From: Methylophilus sp. | GTDB lineage: Bacteria > Pseudomonadota > Gammaproteobacteria > Burkholderiales > Methylophilaceae | Direction of reading: 5' to 3' | Assembly: GCA_044222155.1 (NCBI GenBank) | Contig: JBGANT010000004.1 | Coordinates: 22,874-86,873 of the forward strand | DNA: 64,000 bases | Program-made: the position numbers and the translations under genes | The notes under the pieces: generated by a model | What the model was told of the DNA's origin: nothing | Databases searched by the model: none | The model's input: only the letters and a program-made list of their open reading frames with translations | Part shown: positions 22,753-33,086 of the stretch, piece by piece | How positions within the stretch are numbered: position 1 is the stretch's first letter | Layout of the letters: every line of letters starts with the position of its first letter

Positions 22753-25278
22753 ATGAAACGCATGTTATTCAATGCGACGCAGGAAGAAGAACTTCGCGTC
22801 GCCATCGTCGATGGACAAAAACTGATTGATCTGGACATCGAACACGCCGGTAAAGAACAACGCAAAAGCAATATCTACAAAGGGGTCATCACCCGCATAG
22901 AACCATCGCTGGAAGCCGCGTTCGTGGATTACGGCACCGATAGACACGGCTTCCTGCCGTTTAAGGAAATATCACGCATCTACTTCCAGGACCCTTCCGA
23001 AGGCGGCCGCGGCAAGATTCAAGGCCAGCTCAAGGAAGGCATGGAACTGATCGTCCAGGTGGACAAGGATGAACGGGGAAGCAAAGGCGCTGCACTTACC
23101 ACTTACATCTCCCTGGCAGGCCGCTACCTCGTGCTGATGCCTAACAATCCACGCGGAGGCGGTGTTTCCCGTCGCGTAGAGGGTGAAGACCGTAACGAGT
23201 TGCGCGACGTGATGGAACAACTGGACGTACCCAAAGGCATGAGCATCATCGCCCGCACCGCTGGCATAGGCCGCACGGCTGAAGAATTGCAATGGGACTT
23301 AAACTATCTAACCCAGTTGTGGACTGCCATCGAGGACGCCTCCACCATCCAGTCCGGCGCCTTTCTGATCTATCAGGAAGGCAGCCTGGTAATTCGCGCG
23401 ATCCGCGATTACTTCAGTGCTGACATTGGCGAAATCCTGATTGACACGCCAGACATCTACGAACAAGCCGTTCAGTTCATGAATCATGTGATGCCTGGCA
23501 ACGTACCTCGCGTAAAACTGTATCAGGACGAGATTCCCCTTTTCTCCCGTTTCCAGATCGAGCACCAGATCGAAAGCGCGTTCTCGCGTGAAGTGCGCCT
23601 GCCATCCGGTGGCGCAATCGTGATCGACCATACCGAAGCGCTAGTGTCCATTGACGTCAACTCCGGCCGCTCCATCAAAGGTGCAGATATTGAACAAACC
23701 GCCTTCAACACCAATCTGGAAGCTGCCGAGGAAGTCGCACGCCAGTTGCGCCTGCGTGACTTGGGTGGCCTGGTAGTGATTGACTTTATCGACATGGAAA
23801 ACCAGCGTAACCAGCGTGAAGTAGAAAATGCCCTGCGTGACGCGCTGCATATTGACCGTGCACGCATCCAGACTGGCAAGATCTCTCGCTTTGGTCTGCT
23901 GGAGCTGTCACGCCAGCGCTTGCGCCCAAGCCTGGGTGAAACGCACCATGAAACCTGCCCGCGCTGCAACGGCACCGGTCATATCCGCGGCATCGAATCG
24001 ACCGCTTTGCATATCCTGCGCATCACACAGGAAGAAGCGATGAAAGAGAACAGTGCGATGGTACAGGTTCAGTTGCCAGTGGAAGCCGCAACTTTTCTGC
24101 TGAACGAGAAGCGCGCCGACATCCACAAAATCGAGCAACGCACCGGTTGTGAAGTCGTGCTGATCCCGAATATTCACATGGAAACGCCAAACTATCGTGT
24201 CACCCGTATCAAAGCGGACGACCTGAGCGATGAAACCAACCGCGCCAGCTACAAGCTGGTCGAAATTCCACCGGAAACCGCCTACGAACGCGCTTTGCAG
24301 CAGGAAGCAAAACCGCAGACACCTGAAGCGCTAGTCAAAGGCATTACGCCTGCAACCGCCGCGCCGATTGTGGAAGAGAAGCCTGTTGAAGCTGCTAAAA
24401 CCTCGTTTTTCAGCAAAATCAAGAAATGGCTTGGCGGTGTGGGCGCAGTAGAAGCCGGCGGGAAACAACCCGAAGCGAAAACCGCGCCACAACGCGGGAA
24501 ACAACGTGACAGTCGTGGCCGTGACCGGGACAGAAATCGCAACCGTAGCCGCGATCGCGATCGTCAGGCCAACCGCCAGGAAACACAGACCGACAAACTG
24601 ACGCACGAGCGCCCGGCACAAGCCAAACCGCAACCAGCGCAACGTAACGAGCAGCCTACGGAGCAGCAAGCACGTCCTGAAGCGGCCATTGAAGGCACTA
24701 ACCCAGAGCGTAACGGCAAACGCCGCCGCCGTGGCGGACGCAACCGCAACCGCGGCGAACGCAATAACGAGAACCTATTGCAAAAACCGGTAGAAGCCTT
24801 GGCGGAAGTCACACCACAAGCCGAGCAGCCACCCGTGAAAGCCGCTCCGGCAGCGCCAGTCGCAGCCGAAACAGCGCCACAAGCGGTCACCAGCGCAGCG
24901 CCTGCCGACAACGCAGAAAAACCAACCGCACCTAAAGGCAAAGGCCGCACGCCACGCAAGCCAAAAGCGGCATCTGCAGAAACTGAAGCCCCTGCCACAG
25001 AAGCAGCCGTTGCCGCACCTGCTGCAGAAGCTGCTGTAGAAAGCACCAAGAGCAAACCGGAGAAGAAATCCAAACCGATTCGCAAGCCCAAAACGCCTAA
25101 GCCTGTGGATTTGGCTGATAGCGGCCTGCAACTGGTGGAAACCAAGGTAGAAACCAAAGCTGCGAAAACTCCGGAGCCATCCAAGCCACGCGGACCGCGC
25201 AAAGCGGCCACCTGGCAGAAAAAATCAGAACAGTTCGGTGGCGACGAGCCTATGGTAATGATAGAAACACAGAAGTAA
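22753..25278 (+). CDS. rne: Ribonuclease E
   Basis: N-terminus MKRMLFNATQEEELRVAIVDG, DVNS, DFIDM, CPRC Zn link and an R/A/P-rich disordered C-terminus. GGAG precedes the ATG at 22753. Confidence 0.98.
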   Translation: MKRMLFNATQEEELRVAIVDGQKLIDLDIEHAGKEQRKSNIYKGVITRIEPSLEAAFVDYGTDRHGFLPFKEISRIYFQDPSEGGRGKIQGQLKEGMELIVQVDKDERGSKGAALTTYISLAGRYLVLMPNNPRGGGVSRRVEGEDRNELRDVMEQLDVPKGMSIIARTAGIGRTAEELQWDLNYLTQLWTAIEDASTIQSGAFLIYQEGSLVIRAIRDYFSADIGEILIDTPDIYEQAVQFMNHVMPGNVPRVKLYQDEIPLFSRFQIEHQIESAFSREVRLPSGGAIVIDHTEALVSIDVNSGRSIKGADIEQTAFNTNLEAAEEVARQLRLRDLGGLVVIDFIDMENQRNQREVENALRDALHIDRARIQTGKISRFGLLELSRQRLRPSLGETHHETCPRCNGTGHIRGIESTALHILRITQEEAMKENSAMVQVQLPVEAATFLLNEKRADIHKIEQRTGCEVVLIPNIHMETPNYRVTRIKADDLSDETNRASYKLVEIPPETAYERALQQEAKPQTPEALVKGITPATAAPIVEEKPVEAAKTSFFSKIKKWLGGVGAVEAGGKQPEAKTAPQRGKQRDSRGRDRDRNRNRSRDRDRQANRQETQTDKLTHERPAQAKPQPAQRNEQPTEQQARPEAAIEGTNPERNGKRRRRGGRNRNRGERNNENLLQKPVEALAEVTPQAEQPPVKAAPAAPVAAETAPQAVTSAAPADNAEKPTAPKGKGRTPRKPKAASAETEAPATEAAVAAPAAEAAVESTKSKPEKKSKPIRKPKTPKPVDLADSGLQLVETKVETKAAKTPEPSKPRGPRKAATWQKKSEQFGGDEPMVMIETQK

Positions 25279-25291
25279 TCTGCATCCGTAC

Positions 25292-25317
25292 AAAAGCCCG
25301 CTATGCGGGCTTTTTTT
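25292..25317. terminator. Rho-independent terminator of rne (probably bidirectional with crcB)
   Basis: AAAAGCCCGC-TAT-GCGGGCTTTTTTT. Confidence 0.85.
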
Positions 25318-25333
25318 ATTTCCGTGCGTGCCT

Positions 25334-25705
25334 TTAGCGCCGCAGCCCTTGCACAAGCGCAAATCCCAAAGCCGCCATTGCCAGCGCGCCAAACACATGA
25401 CTTAAGGTATGCACGCCCGCCAGCCAGTATTGGCCGCGTTGCAGCATCAGTAAACTTTCGGCCGAAAACGCGGAGAAAGTGGTGAAGCCGCCAAGAAATC
25501 CAGTCATCACGAACAGTCTGGAAGTATCTTGCGGATCCAGCGCAGCGAAATAGGCTACCACCATGCCCATCAGCAAGCCGCCCAACAGATTGACACATAA
25601 TGTTCCAAATGGGAAAGTAGCCGTATTGAGCATTAAGGCCAAGCCCCAGCGCAGCCATGCCCCCAATACCGCCCCTGCGGCCACTGCTGTCAACTGTATC
25701 AACAC
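25334..25705 (-). CDS. crcB: Fluoride efflux channel
   Basis: Motifs GAWLRW, GTLCVNLLG and GFLGGFTTFSAF. Confidence 0.95.
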   Translation of the reverse strand: MLIQLTAVAAGAVLGAWLRWGLALMLNTATFPFGTLCVNLLGGLLMGMVVAYFAALDPQDTSRLFVMTGFLGGFTTFSAFSAESLLMLQRGQYWLAGVHTLSHVFGALAMAALGFALVQGLRR

Positions 25706-25780
25706 ATGTTTCTCCCTGCCAAAAACGAATCAAAACTACTATAATAGGGGAGATTATTACAATTACTAAGGTACGTCACC

Positions 25781-27295
25781 TTGAACATCCTATTCGTCAC
25801 ATCCGAGGCTTTTCCTTTAATCAAAACCGGCGGCTTGGCGGATGTCAGTGGCGCGCTACCCAAAGCCCTTCAGAGCAGCCCGCAATTCAGTGGCTCCATC
25901 CGCGTTCTAATCCCCGGCTACAGTGCTGTCATGTCAAAATTAAGAGACACTCAAACGGTGGCGCATATTGCGGCTCTTGGTCAGTATTGTACCTTAGTCG
26001 CCGGCAGAATGCCTGACAGTGATTTGGAAGTGATCGCCGTACAAAATGCCACACTGTATGAGAGAGGCGGCGGGCCATACAATGACGAGCTTGGCAACGA
26101 TTGGATTGACAATCCGCTTCGGTTCGCCGTGCTGTCGCGCATTGCCAGCCTGCTGGCCAGCGGCAACAGCCCCTTACCAGACTGGAAACCTGACTTGGTA
26201 CATTGCAATGACTGGCAGACTGGCCTTATCCCTGCCTATATGAAGCTGGTGGATCATGCCCCGGCAAAATCCATTTTGAGCATCCACAACCTGGCATTCC
26301 AGGGCACTTGCCATGCGGGATGGCTACATGCTTTGGAGTTGCCGGCCAGAAGCTTTCAAATCAACGGGGTGGAATACTACAAACAAATCTCTTTCATGAA
26401 AGCGGGCGTGTTCTATGCAGATATGCTGAGCACGGTCAGCCCGACCTACGCCAAAGAAATCCAGACAGAAGCGTATGGATCCGGCATGCATGGCCTGCTT
26501 AAATCCCGCGCGCACGATCTGGTCGGCATCTTGAACGGCATTGATGCCAATGAATGGAGCCCGGGGAAAGATACGCACCTGATCAAGCATTACAGCCACA
26601 GCCGATTGGCAAACAAAGCCTTGATCAAGGCGCATCTTCAAGAACAACTTGGACTCCAAATTGATGCAAACGCACCAGTTTTGGGCGTCGTTAGCCGCAT
26701 GACTCACCAGAAAGGGCTGGATTTGCTGCCTGCAATCATGCCGGAACTGGTGGAATCCGGCTGTCAATTCGCCATTTTGGGGAGCGGCGAAAAAGAGCTG
26801 GAAGCGGCTTTCAATGACATGGCAACACGTTATCCTACATGCGTCAGCGTCACCAACGGCTACAACGAGCACCTGTCGCACAATATCATGGCAGGGGCGG
26901 ATATGTTCATCATGCCCTCTCGTTTTGAGCCATGCGGCTTGAACCAGCTTTATGGCCTTGCATATGGCACCCCACCTCTGGTAACCCATACTGGCGGCCT
27001 TGCCGACTCTGTCCATGACACTAACGAACTCAACCTGCAGCACAACACTGCTACCGGATTTGTGCTGGAAAATGTCAGCAGCCTGTCACTCTTGGTCACC
27101 ATTCGACGCGCATTGTCGGTCTGGCATGATAAAAAAACCTGGAAAAAAATCCAGATTAATGGCATGAAGCAGGATTTAAGCTGGGAATCCCGCGCAATTA
27201 GCTATTTAGCGCTGTACAACAAGACACTTGGTAGAGTTGGCACGGTTGATGCTTATATAAAATCAGCTTCTCCAAAGCTAACTTCTCCTCCCTGA
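25781..27295 (+). CDS. glgA: Glycogen synthase
   Basis: Motifs KTGGLADV, HCNDWQT, SRMTHQKG and PSRFEPCGL. Confidence 0.97.
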   Translation: MNILFVTSEAFPLIKTGGLADVSGALPKALQSSPQFSGSIRVLIPGYSAVMSKLRDTQTVAHIAALGQYCTLVAGRMPDSDLEVIAVQNATLYERGGGPYNDELGNDWIDNPLRFAVLSRIASLLASGNSPLPDWKPDLVHCNDWQTGLIPAYMKLVDHAPAKSILSIHNLAFQGTCHAGWLHALELPARSFQINGVEYYKQISFMKAGVFYADMLSTVSPTYAKEIQTEAYGSGMHGLLKSRAHDLVGILNGIDANEWSPGKDTHLIKHYSHSRLANKALIKAHLQEQLGLQIDANAPVLGVVSRMTHQKGLDLLPAIMPELVESGCQFAILGSGEKELEAAFNDMATRYPTCVSVTNGYNEHLSHNIMAGADMFIMPSRFEPCGLNQLYGLAYGTPPLVTHTGGLADSVHDTNELNLQHNTATGFVLENVSSLSLLVTIRRALSVWHDKKTWKKIQINGMKQDLSWESRAISYLALYNKTLGRVGTVDAYIKSASPKLTSPP

Positions 27296-27329
27296 GGGCG
27301 TAACTGCGAAATGCGTTACGCCCTTTTTT
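27295..27329 (+). terminator. Rho-independent terminator of glgA
   Basis: AGGGCGTAAC...GTTACGCCCT stem followed by a T run. Confidence 0.8.
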
Positions 27330-27352
27330 ATGACCGTTCAGGCACGCGCGCA

Positions 27353-27423
27353 TTCATTGTCAAAATCACCCCTCTGAAAGCCAATCCGGGGGCGGCTCCC
27401 AGGGCGATGCTATCACCAATGAA
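27353..27423. repeat. Palindromic dispersed element, copy A (degenerate)
   Basis: TTCATTGTCAAAATC-N6-CTGAAAGCC-N11-GGCTCCCAG-...-CAATGAA, with the same 71-bp layout as 61429-61499. Confidence 0.7.
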
Positions 27424-27426
27424 CAA

Positions 27427-27981
27427 TTATTTGACAATAAAATGCTCGCGGTAGTATTTCAGCTCGTCAATAGATTCGTAAATATCAGCCAGCGCCTCGT
27501 GCTTGCTGGCTTTCTTGAAGCCGTTGTATATTTCCGGCTTCCAACGGCGCGCCAGTTCCTTGAACACACTGACATCCAGATTGCGATAATGAAAATAAGC
27601 CTCAAGTTCTGGCATGTAGCGCGCCATAAAACGCCTGTCCTGGCAAATGGAGTTGCCACACATCGGCGATTTGTTAGCCGATACATATTGCTTGAGGAAA
27701 TCTAGCATTTGCGCACTTGCCGCGGCCTCGTCCAGCGTGGAAGCTTTTACCTTGTCGATCAAGCCGCTTCTGCCGTGCGTGCCCTTGTTCCACGCGTCCA
27801 TGCCATCCAGTACGGCATCGCTTTGATGCACCACCAGCACCGGAGATTCAGCCAGCACGTTCAATTCCGCATCCGTCACCACGGCTGCGAGCTCCAGAAT
27901 ACGGTCGCTGTCGGGCAGCAAGCCACTCATTTCCATGTCCAACCAAATCAAATTATTGTCGTTTTTACTATCTGCCATCAT
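27427..27981 (-). CDS. orn: Oligoribonuclease
   Basis: Motifs [30 protein letters not shown] and HEALADI. Confidence 0.97.
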   Translation of the reverse strand: MMADSKNDNNLIWLDMEMSGLLPDSDRILELAAVVTDAELNVLAESPVLVVHQSDAVLDGMDAWNKGTHGRSGLIDKVKASTLDEAAASAQMLDFLKQYVSANKSPMCGNSICQDRRFMARYMPELEAYFHYRNLDVSVFKELARRWKPEIYNGFKKASKHEALADIYESIDELKYYREHFIVK

Positions 27982-28077
27982 GATTTCCATTAAAATAACA
28001 CCCGAGGCTGCAAACATGTGAACAAAAGCCGCATATATGCCTCAGAATAAAACAACAGTTTAACTTTTATATACGAG

Positions 28078-29331
28078 ATGGCACATACTTTTACACTTAT
28101 TTTCATTGTTCTTTTGATTAGCACCAGCCTGATTCGCCTGTGGCTGGGCAGCCGACAGATCGCTCATGTGCAAGCCAAGCGCGGCCAGGTGCCAGAAGCG
28201 TTCGCCAAAAAAATCAGCCTGGATGCGCATCAGAAAGCCGCGGATTATTCCACCGCAAAAACCAGCCTCGCGCTTAAGGAAATTGGCGTGAATGCCCTGC
28301 TGCTGCTAGCTTTCACGCTGGGTGGCGGCTTGCAATGGCTGGATACCACCTGGGCGAACCTGCTGCCTGACCAGGAAATCCTGCGTGGCGCTTGCGTGAT
28401 TGCCAGCGCCCTACTCATCAGCGCAGTCGTGGACATCCCGTTCGAGTATTACCTCACATTCACGATAGACGAAAAATTTGGCTTCAACAAAATGTCACGC
28501 CAGATATTCTGGCAAGACTTGGTCAAGCACACCCTCGTGGCAGTTGCCTTGGGCGCTCCTATCCTGTTCGCCGCCCTCTGGCTAATGCACAGTGCGGGCC
28601 AATACTGGTGGCTCTATCTGTGGCTGGTCTGGAGCATATTCAACTTGCTGGTATTGGCGATTTACCCGACTTTTATTGCGCCACTGTTCAACAAGTTCAC
28701 ACCCATGACAGACGACACCTTGAAGACGCGCATTGAAGCATTGCTGCAAAAATGCGGTTTCAAATCGCAAGGTCTGTTCGTGATGGATGGCTCGACCCGT
28801 TCCGGTCACGGCAATGCCTACTTCACCGGATTTGGTAACAGCAAGCGCGTAGTATTTTTTGACACATTGCTGGAGCGCTTAGATACTGATGAAATTGAAG
28901 CCGTGCTGGCACACGAACTTGGACATTTCAAGCATAATCATGTCATTAAGCGCATCATCCTGATGTTCGTTATCAGCTTTCTCAGCTTGGCCTTGCTCGG
29001 CTGGTTGGCGGAACAGGCCTGGTTCTATCAGGGCCTGGGTGTGGCAGAAAAGAGCAGCCACATGGCTTTGCTACTATTCATGCTGGTATCACCATTGTTT
29101 CTGTTCATCCTGCGCCCGTTACTGGCGAGCTATTCGCGCAAAAACGAATTTGAAGCGGATGACTATGCAGCTAGGCATGCCAGCGCGCAACATTTAGTGC
29201 ATGCCTTGGTAAAGCTGTACCGTGACAATGCTTCCACGCTGACTCCGGATCCTATTCACTCAAGATTCTATGACTCGCATCCGCCAGCCAGCGTTCGCAT
29301 TGCCAAACTCGCGCCCTACCTAAAGACATAA
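28078..29331 (+). CDS. M48 (Ste24/CAAX-type) zinc metallopeptidase
   Basis: TM helices, NAYFTGFG, HELGH, EFEAD and SHP. Confidence 0.93.
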   Translation: MAHTFTLIFIVLLISTSLIRLWLGSRQIAHVQAKRGQVPEAFAKKISLDAHQKAADYSTAKTSLALKEIGVNALLLLAFTLGGGLQWLDTTWANLLPDQEILRGACVIASALLISAVVDIPFEYYLTFTIDEKFGFNKMSRQIFWQDLVKHTLVAVALGAPILFAALWLMHSAGQYWWLYLWLVWSIFNLLVLAIYPTFIAPLFNKFTPMTDDTLKTRIEALLQKCGFKSQGLFVMDGSTRSGHGNAYFTGFGNSKRVVFFDTLLERLDTDEIEAVLAHELGHFKHNHVIKRIILMFVISFLSLALLGWLAEQAWFYQGLGVAEKSSHMALLLFMLVSPLFLFILRPLLASYSRKNEFEADDYAARHASAQHLVHALVKLYRDNASTLTPDPIHSRFYDSHPPASVRIAKLAPYLKT

Positions 29332-29340
29332 GGAGTAGAA

Positions 29341-29649
29341 ATGAAAGCGCTCGCATTACTGTTAACCATGTGCTGGAGCCTGACAGGGAATACGCAAGAC
29401 CTGTTCGCCAATGCCGACACCAAAGCAGGGAAAGCCTTGCTGGAAAAACATTGCATCAGCTGCCATGCCAGCAGCTTCGGTGGCGATGGTTCCGGCATAT
29501 ACATCCGCGAAGACCGCAAGGTGAAAAGTGCCAAGGGACTGGTTGCTCAAGTCCGCAACTGCAACACTATGCTGGGACTCAAGTGGTTTGACGAAGATGA
29601 GCTGAACGTGGCCGCCTACCTAAATCAAACCTATTATAAGCTCCAGTGA
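29341..29649 (+). CDS. Small monoheme cytochrome c
   Basis: Signal peptide and CISCH heme motif; AGGAG Shine-Dalgarno. Confidence 0.88.
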   Translation: MKALALLLTMCWSLTGNTQDLFANADTKAGKALLEKHCISCHASSFGGDGSGIYIREDRKVKSAKGLVAQVRNCNTMLGLKWFDEDELNVAAYLNQTYYKLQ

Positions 29650-29655
29650 CAAGCG

Positions 29656-30522
29656 ATGACCATGCAAGGCTTGGTGGTGGCAGCTTATGGCAAACGCTAC
29701 CTCGTTGAACTGGCTGATAACACAAGATTAAGCTGCGTCACGCGTGGCAAAAAAACCGACCTGGCTTGTGGCGACATCGTGCAGGTCACGCCTACCGCCA
29801 CTGATGAGGGCGTGGTGGAAAAGTACCTTCCCCGCAATAGCCTGCTTTACCGCAGCAGCGCGTCCAAAAGCAAGATGCTAGCCGCCAATGTCACGCAAGT
29901 CACCATTGTGCTGGCGACGCAGCCCAGCTTTTACGAAGCACTACTCAATCGTTGCCTGGTGGCCGCAGAGGCGGCGGGCATCCGCCCAGTGATTATCCTG
30001 AACAAGTGCGACCTGCCCGATGCGCAGGATGCGCAAAACCGCCTGAAAGCCTATCAACAACTAGGATACACCGTGGTGAAACTGGCCGCGACGCAAGATA
30101 TCAGCCCGCTAATGCCTTATCTGCACGGACAAAGCAGTGTGCTGGTCGGACAATCCGGCATGGGTAAATCCACCATCATCAATGCGCTTGTGCCGCAGGC
30201 TGCCGCGCGGACACAAGCCATCAGCGATGTGCTGGATAGCGGTAAACACACCACAACCGCCGCGCAGCTTTACCATTTGGATGAATATAGCACCTTGATT
30301 GATTCGCCCGGCCTGCAGGAATTTGGCGTGCATCACCTTTCCCAAACCGGGCTGGAGCTGGCCTTTCCGGAGTTCAAACCCTACCTGGGACATTGCCGTT
30401 TCAACAATTGTCGCCATTTGCACGAGCCGGATTGCGCCATCCTGAGTGCCGCCCATGCCGACAAGATAAGCGAGCAGCGCTTGCAGATATACCAGCAACT
30501 GACGCAGGAGATTGGGGGATAG
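29656..30522 (+). CDS. rsgA: Ribosome small subunit-dependent GTPase
   Basis: Motifs NKCD, GQSGMGKST, GKHTTT, DSPG and CRFNNCRHLHEPDC. Confidence 0.96.
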   Translation: MTMQGLVVAAYGKRYLVELADNTRLSCVTRGKKTDLACGDIVQVTPTATDEGVVEKYLPRNSLLYRSSASKSKMLAANVTQVTIVLATQPSFYEALLNRCLVAAEAAGIRPVIILNKCDLPDAQDAQNRLKAYQQLGYTVVKLAATQDISPLMPYLHGQSSVLVGQSGMGKSTIINALVPQAAARTQAISDVLDSGKHTTTAAQLYHLDEYSTLIDSPGLQEFGVHHLSQTGLELAFPEFKPYLGHCRFNNCRHLHEPDCAILSAAHADKISEQRLQIYQQLTQEIGG

Positions 30523-30523
30523 T

Positions 30524-31456
30524 ATGACCCGCACCGCTTTCATCACGCACCCGGATACCCTGCTCCACGTGATGGATGGACAACATCCTGAGTCCCCTGC
30601 CCGCATCACCGCCATCCGCAATGCCGTTGCAAAATCAGACATCCACGACATGCTGGACTATTACGAAGCGCCAGCCGCCAGCCAAGAGCAGTTAAAGCGC
30701 GTACATAGCGCGGCTTATGTGGATTACATATTCGAAATCGCCCCCAAAGCCGGCATGGTACGACTGGATGGCGATACCGCAATGGGGCCGATGAGCCTAT
30801 CCGCCGCCCTGCACGCCAGCGGCGCGGCGGTTTTAGCCACAGATTTAGTGATGCAAGGCAAAGCACGTACCGTGTTCAATTGCGTTCGCCCGCCCGGCCA
30901 CCACGCGGGGCATGCCAACAGCGCGGGATTCTGTATCTTCAATAATATCGCCGTAGGTGTGGCGCATGCGATAAAGCAATACGGCTTAAAACGCGTTGCT
31001 ATCGTTGATTTTGACGTGCATCATGGCGATGGCACCGAAGATATTTTCAAAACCAATCCGAAAGTGATGCTGTGTTCCACCTTTCAACACCCGTTTTATC
31101 CACATCGCGGTGCCGATACTCGTAGCGACCGCATGATTAATATCCCTTTGGCTGCCAAAAGCAATGGAAAATCTATGCGCAAGGCCTTTGAAGAGGAATT
31201 CAAACCTGCCGTTGATGCTTTCAAACCGGAGTTATTTTTTATCTCGGCAGGCTTTGATGCGCACGTGCAAGACCCACTGGCCGACCTGGCACTGGAAACG
31301 GATGATTATCGCTGGATGTCAGAAATAATTTGCGCCTGGTCAATCAAACACAAATCTCATGGCATTATCTCTTCACTTGAGGGTGGTTATCATCTATCAT
31401 CGTTGGCAGAAAGTGCGTTAACACACATTGCAACATTAGCAAGATTTAATGCTTAA
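30524..31456 (+). CDS. Histone deacetylase family amidohydrolase
   Basis: Motifs HPESPAR, RPPGHHA, DFDVHHGDGT, SAGFD and LEGGY. Confidence 0.93.
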   Translation: MTRTAFITHPDTLLHVMDGQHPESPARITAIRNAVAKSDIHDMLDYYEAPAASQEQLKRVHSAAYVDYIFEIAPKAGMVRLDGDTAMGPMSLSAALHASGAAVLATDLVMQGKARTVFNCVRPPGHHAGHANSAGFCIFNNIAVGVAHAIKQYGLKRVAIVDFDVHHGDGTEDIFKTNPKVMLCSTFQHPFYPHRGADTRSDRMINIPLAAKSNGKSMRKAFEEEFKPAVDAFKPELFFISAGFDAHVQDPLADLALETDDYRWMSEIICAWSIKHKSHGIISSLEGGYHLSSLAESALTHIATLARFNA

Positions 31457-33069
31457 TGGATATCAAACACGAGAAACTAGGAGCAAACCAACTAGCGTTG
31501 GGCATGTACGTGGCTGAGCTTGACAGGCCATGGGAAGGCACACCGTTTATGTTGCAAGGATTTGTGCTTGAGGATGAGGCTGATATTGAAGTCCTGAAGT
31601 CGCTTTGCCAGTTTGTCTATATCGACAGAACCAAATCTATTGGCGCCCATTTTGCTACCGGTCCGAAAATTAATGTTGCCATCAAGCGCGAAGGCAGTGT
31701 AATTCGTGCCAAGGCACCAACCAGTTCTACAGAGGCAAAAAGCTCGACAGCACCCAAAAAGGTATTAGGTGCCGGGAAGCAAAGAATCTCCTTTCTGGAT
31801 ATTCTCAAAGACCTGAAAGGCCAAAACAACGACGTAGCCGGAAAGCACGCTGCTGTGCCACAAAACCAGCAAGAAGGGGTGGCTTACAACGTGCGCCATG
31901 CAGCCGATGGGATTACATCTCCACCAACTGCTAAGGCTGGCCAAACTCCGTTGCCACAACCGCAGACCCAGTCATTGTTCGGAGGAATAAGTAACTTTTT
32001 GGGCGGACTCTTCCACCGGGACAAAGTCAAAAGCACAGTGGATGGAGCCCCCGATCGCGAAAAAAACAATTCAGCGGATGACACAGATACAGCTTATAAA
32101 CTTGCGATTTACGAAGAAGAATTCCCGGTAGAGCAAGAAATTGCCCAGATATACCCCGTCTACGAACAATCCCAGATTGCTACCCGCAATATTTTTGACG
32201 CCATCGCACATGAAAGAGAATTAGATTTAAGTGCAGTCAGCGATATTCTGGACAATATGGTAGACAGTATTGGACGCTCTCCGGATGCGCTATTATGGCT
32301 GGCAAAACTCAAACAGACCGACAGTCACGCCTACAACCATGCCTTAAATGTCTCGATTACCATGATGGCTTTTGGCAATTTTCTTGCTCTCTCCAAACCG
32401 CAAGTCAAAGAGCTAGGGCTGGCTGGATTATTGCAGGATATAGGGAAAGCTAAATTATCTCCCGATATCTTGCTGAAAGAAGGAAAACTCACACGGGAAG
32501 AATATGAGTATGCCAAAAAACATGTGGATGAAGGACTGAAGATTCTTGAAAAAACACCGGATATTCCCATGACTACAACGCTGATCGTTGCGCAACACCA
32601 TGAACGGGCTGACGGCAGTGGTTACCCTAAGGGCTTAATTGAAAATGAGATTACCTTACCTGCGCAAATAGCCGGGTTGATAGACGCATATTGCGCTATT
32701 ACCAGCAACAAAAGCTACGCCAAAGCGATATATCACCAAAAGGCGCTAGATGAGATCTACAACCTAGGCGGTAGCCAGTTCCGTAAGGAGCTCATTGACC
32801 AGCTTGTACAATTCATGGGTATATATCCGGTTAGTTCACTGGTGGAGTTGAACACTGGCGAAGTCGCGCTGGTGGTGCAACAAAATCAGGTGCGACGTTT
32901 GTTACCTAGACTGATGATCCTGCTGGCACCTGACAAAACCCGTTACCAGGCGCCCATCATGCTCAATCTGCTGCTACAACCCAGCACGCCTTCGGGTGAA
33001 CCATATAAAATCGTCAGAGGCATCCCTCCTGACAGCTATGGCCTGAATCCTGAGGATTTCTACATTTAA
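31456..33069 (+). CDS. HD-GYP domain protein with DUF3391-like N-terminus; degenerate HD motif
   Basis: N-terminus LGMYVAELDRPWEGTPF, LLQDIGK in place of LLHDIGK, HHERADGSGYP and GIYPVSSLVELNTGE. Confidence 0.88.
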   Translation: MDIKHEKLGANQLALGMYVAELDRPWEGTPFMLQGFVLEDEADIEVLKSLCQFVYIDRTKSIGAHFATGPKINVAIKREGSVIRAKAPTSSTEAKSSTAPKKVLGAGKQRISFLDILKDLKGQNNDVAGKHAAVPQNQQEGVAYNVRHAADGITSPPTAKAGQTPLPQPQTQSLFGGISNFLGGLFHRDKVKSTVDGAPDREKNNSADDTDTAYKLAIYEEEFPVEQEIAQIYPVYEQSQIATRNIFDAIAHERELDLSAVSDILDNMVDSIGRSPDALLWLAKLKQTDSHAYNHALNVSITMMAFGNFLALSKPQVKELGLAGLLQDIGKAKLSPDILLKEGKLTREEYEYAKKHVDEGLKILEKTPDIPMTTTLIVAQHHERADGSGYPKGLIENEITLPAQIAGLIDAYCAITSNKSYAKAIYHQKALDEIYNLGGSQFRKELIDQLVQFMGIYPVSSLVELNTGEVALVVQQNQVRRLLPRLMILLAPDKTRYQAPIMLNLLLQPSTPSGEPYKIVRGIPPDSYGLNPEDFYI

Positions 33070-33086
33070 CTGTGGCGATTACCTGA

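Noticed and set aside
24564-25733. 389-aa antisense ORF and repetitive sequence over the rne 3' half
   Set aside because: It is the reverse complement of the low-complexity Arg/Ala/Pro-rich RNase E tail, not a gene or a repeat array.
25706-25780. Possible fluoride riboswitch upstream of crcB
   Set aside because: The 75-nt AT-rich spacer shows no GGCGATG...TGATG-type aptamer pattern.
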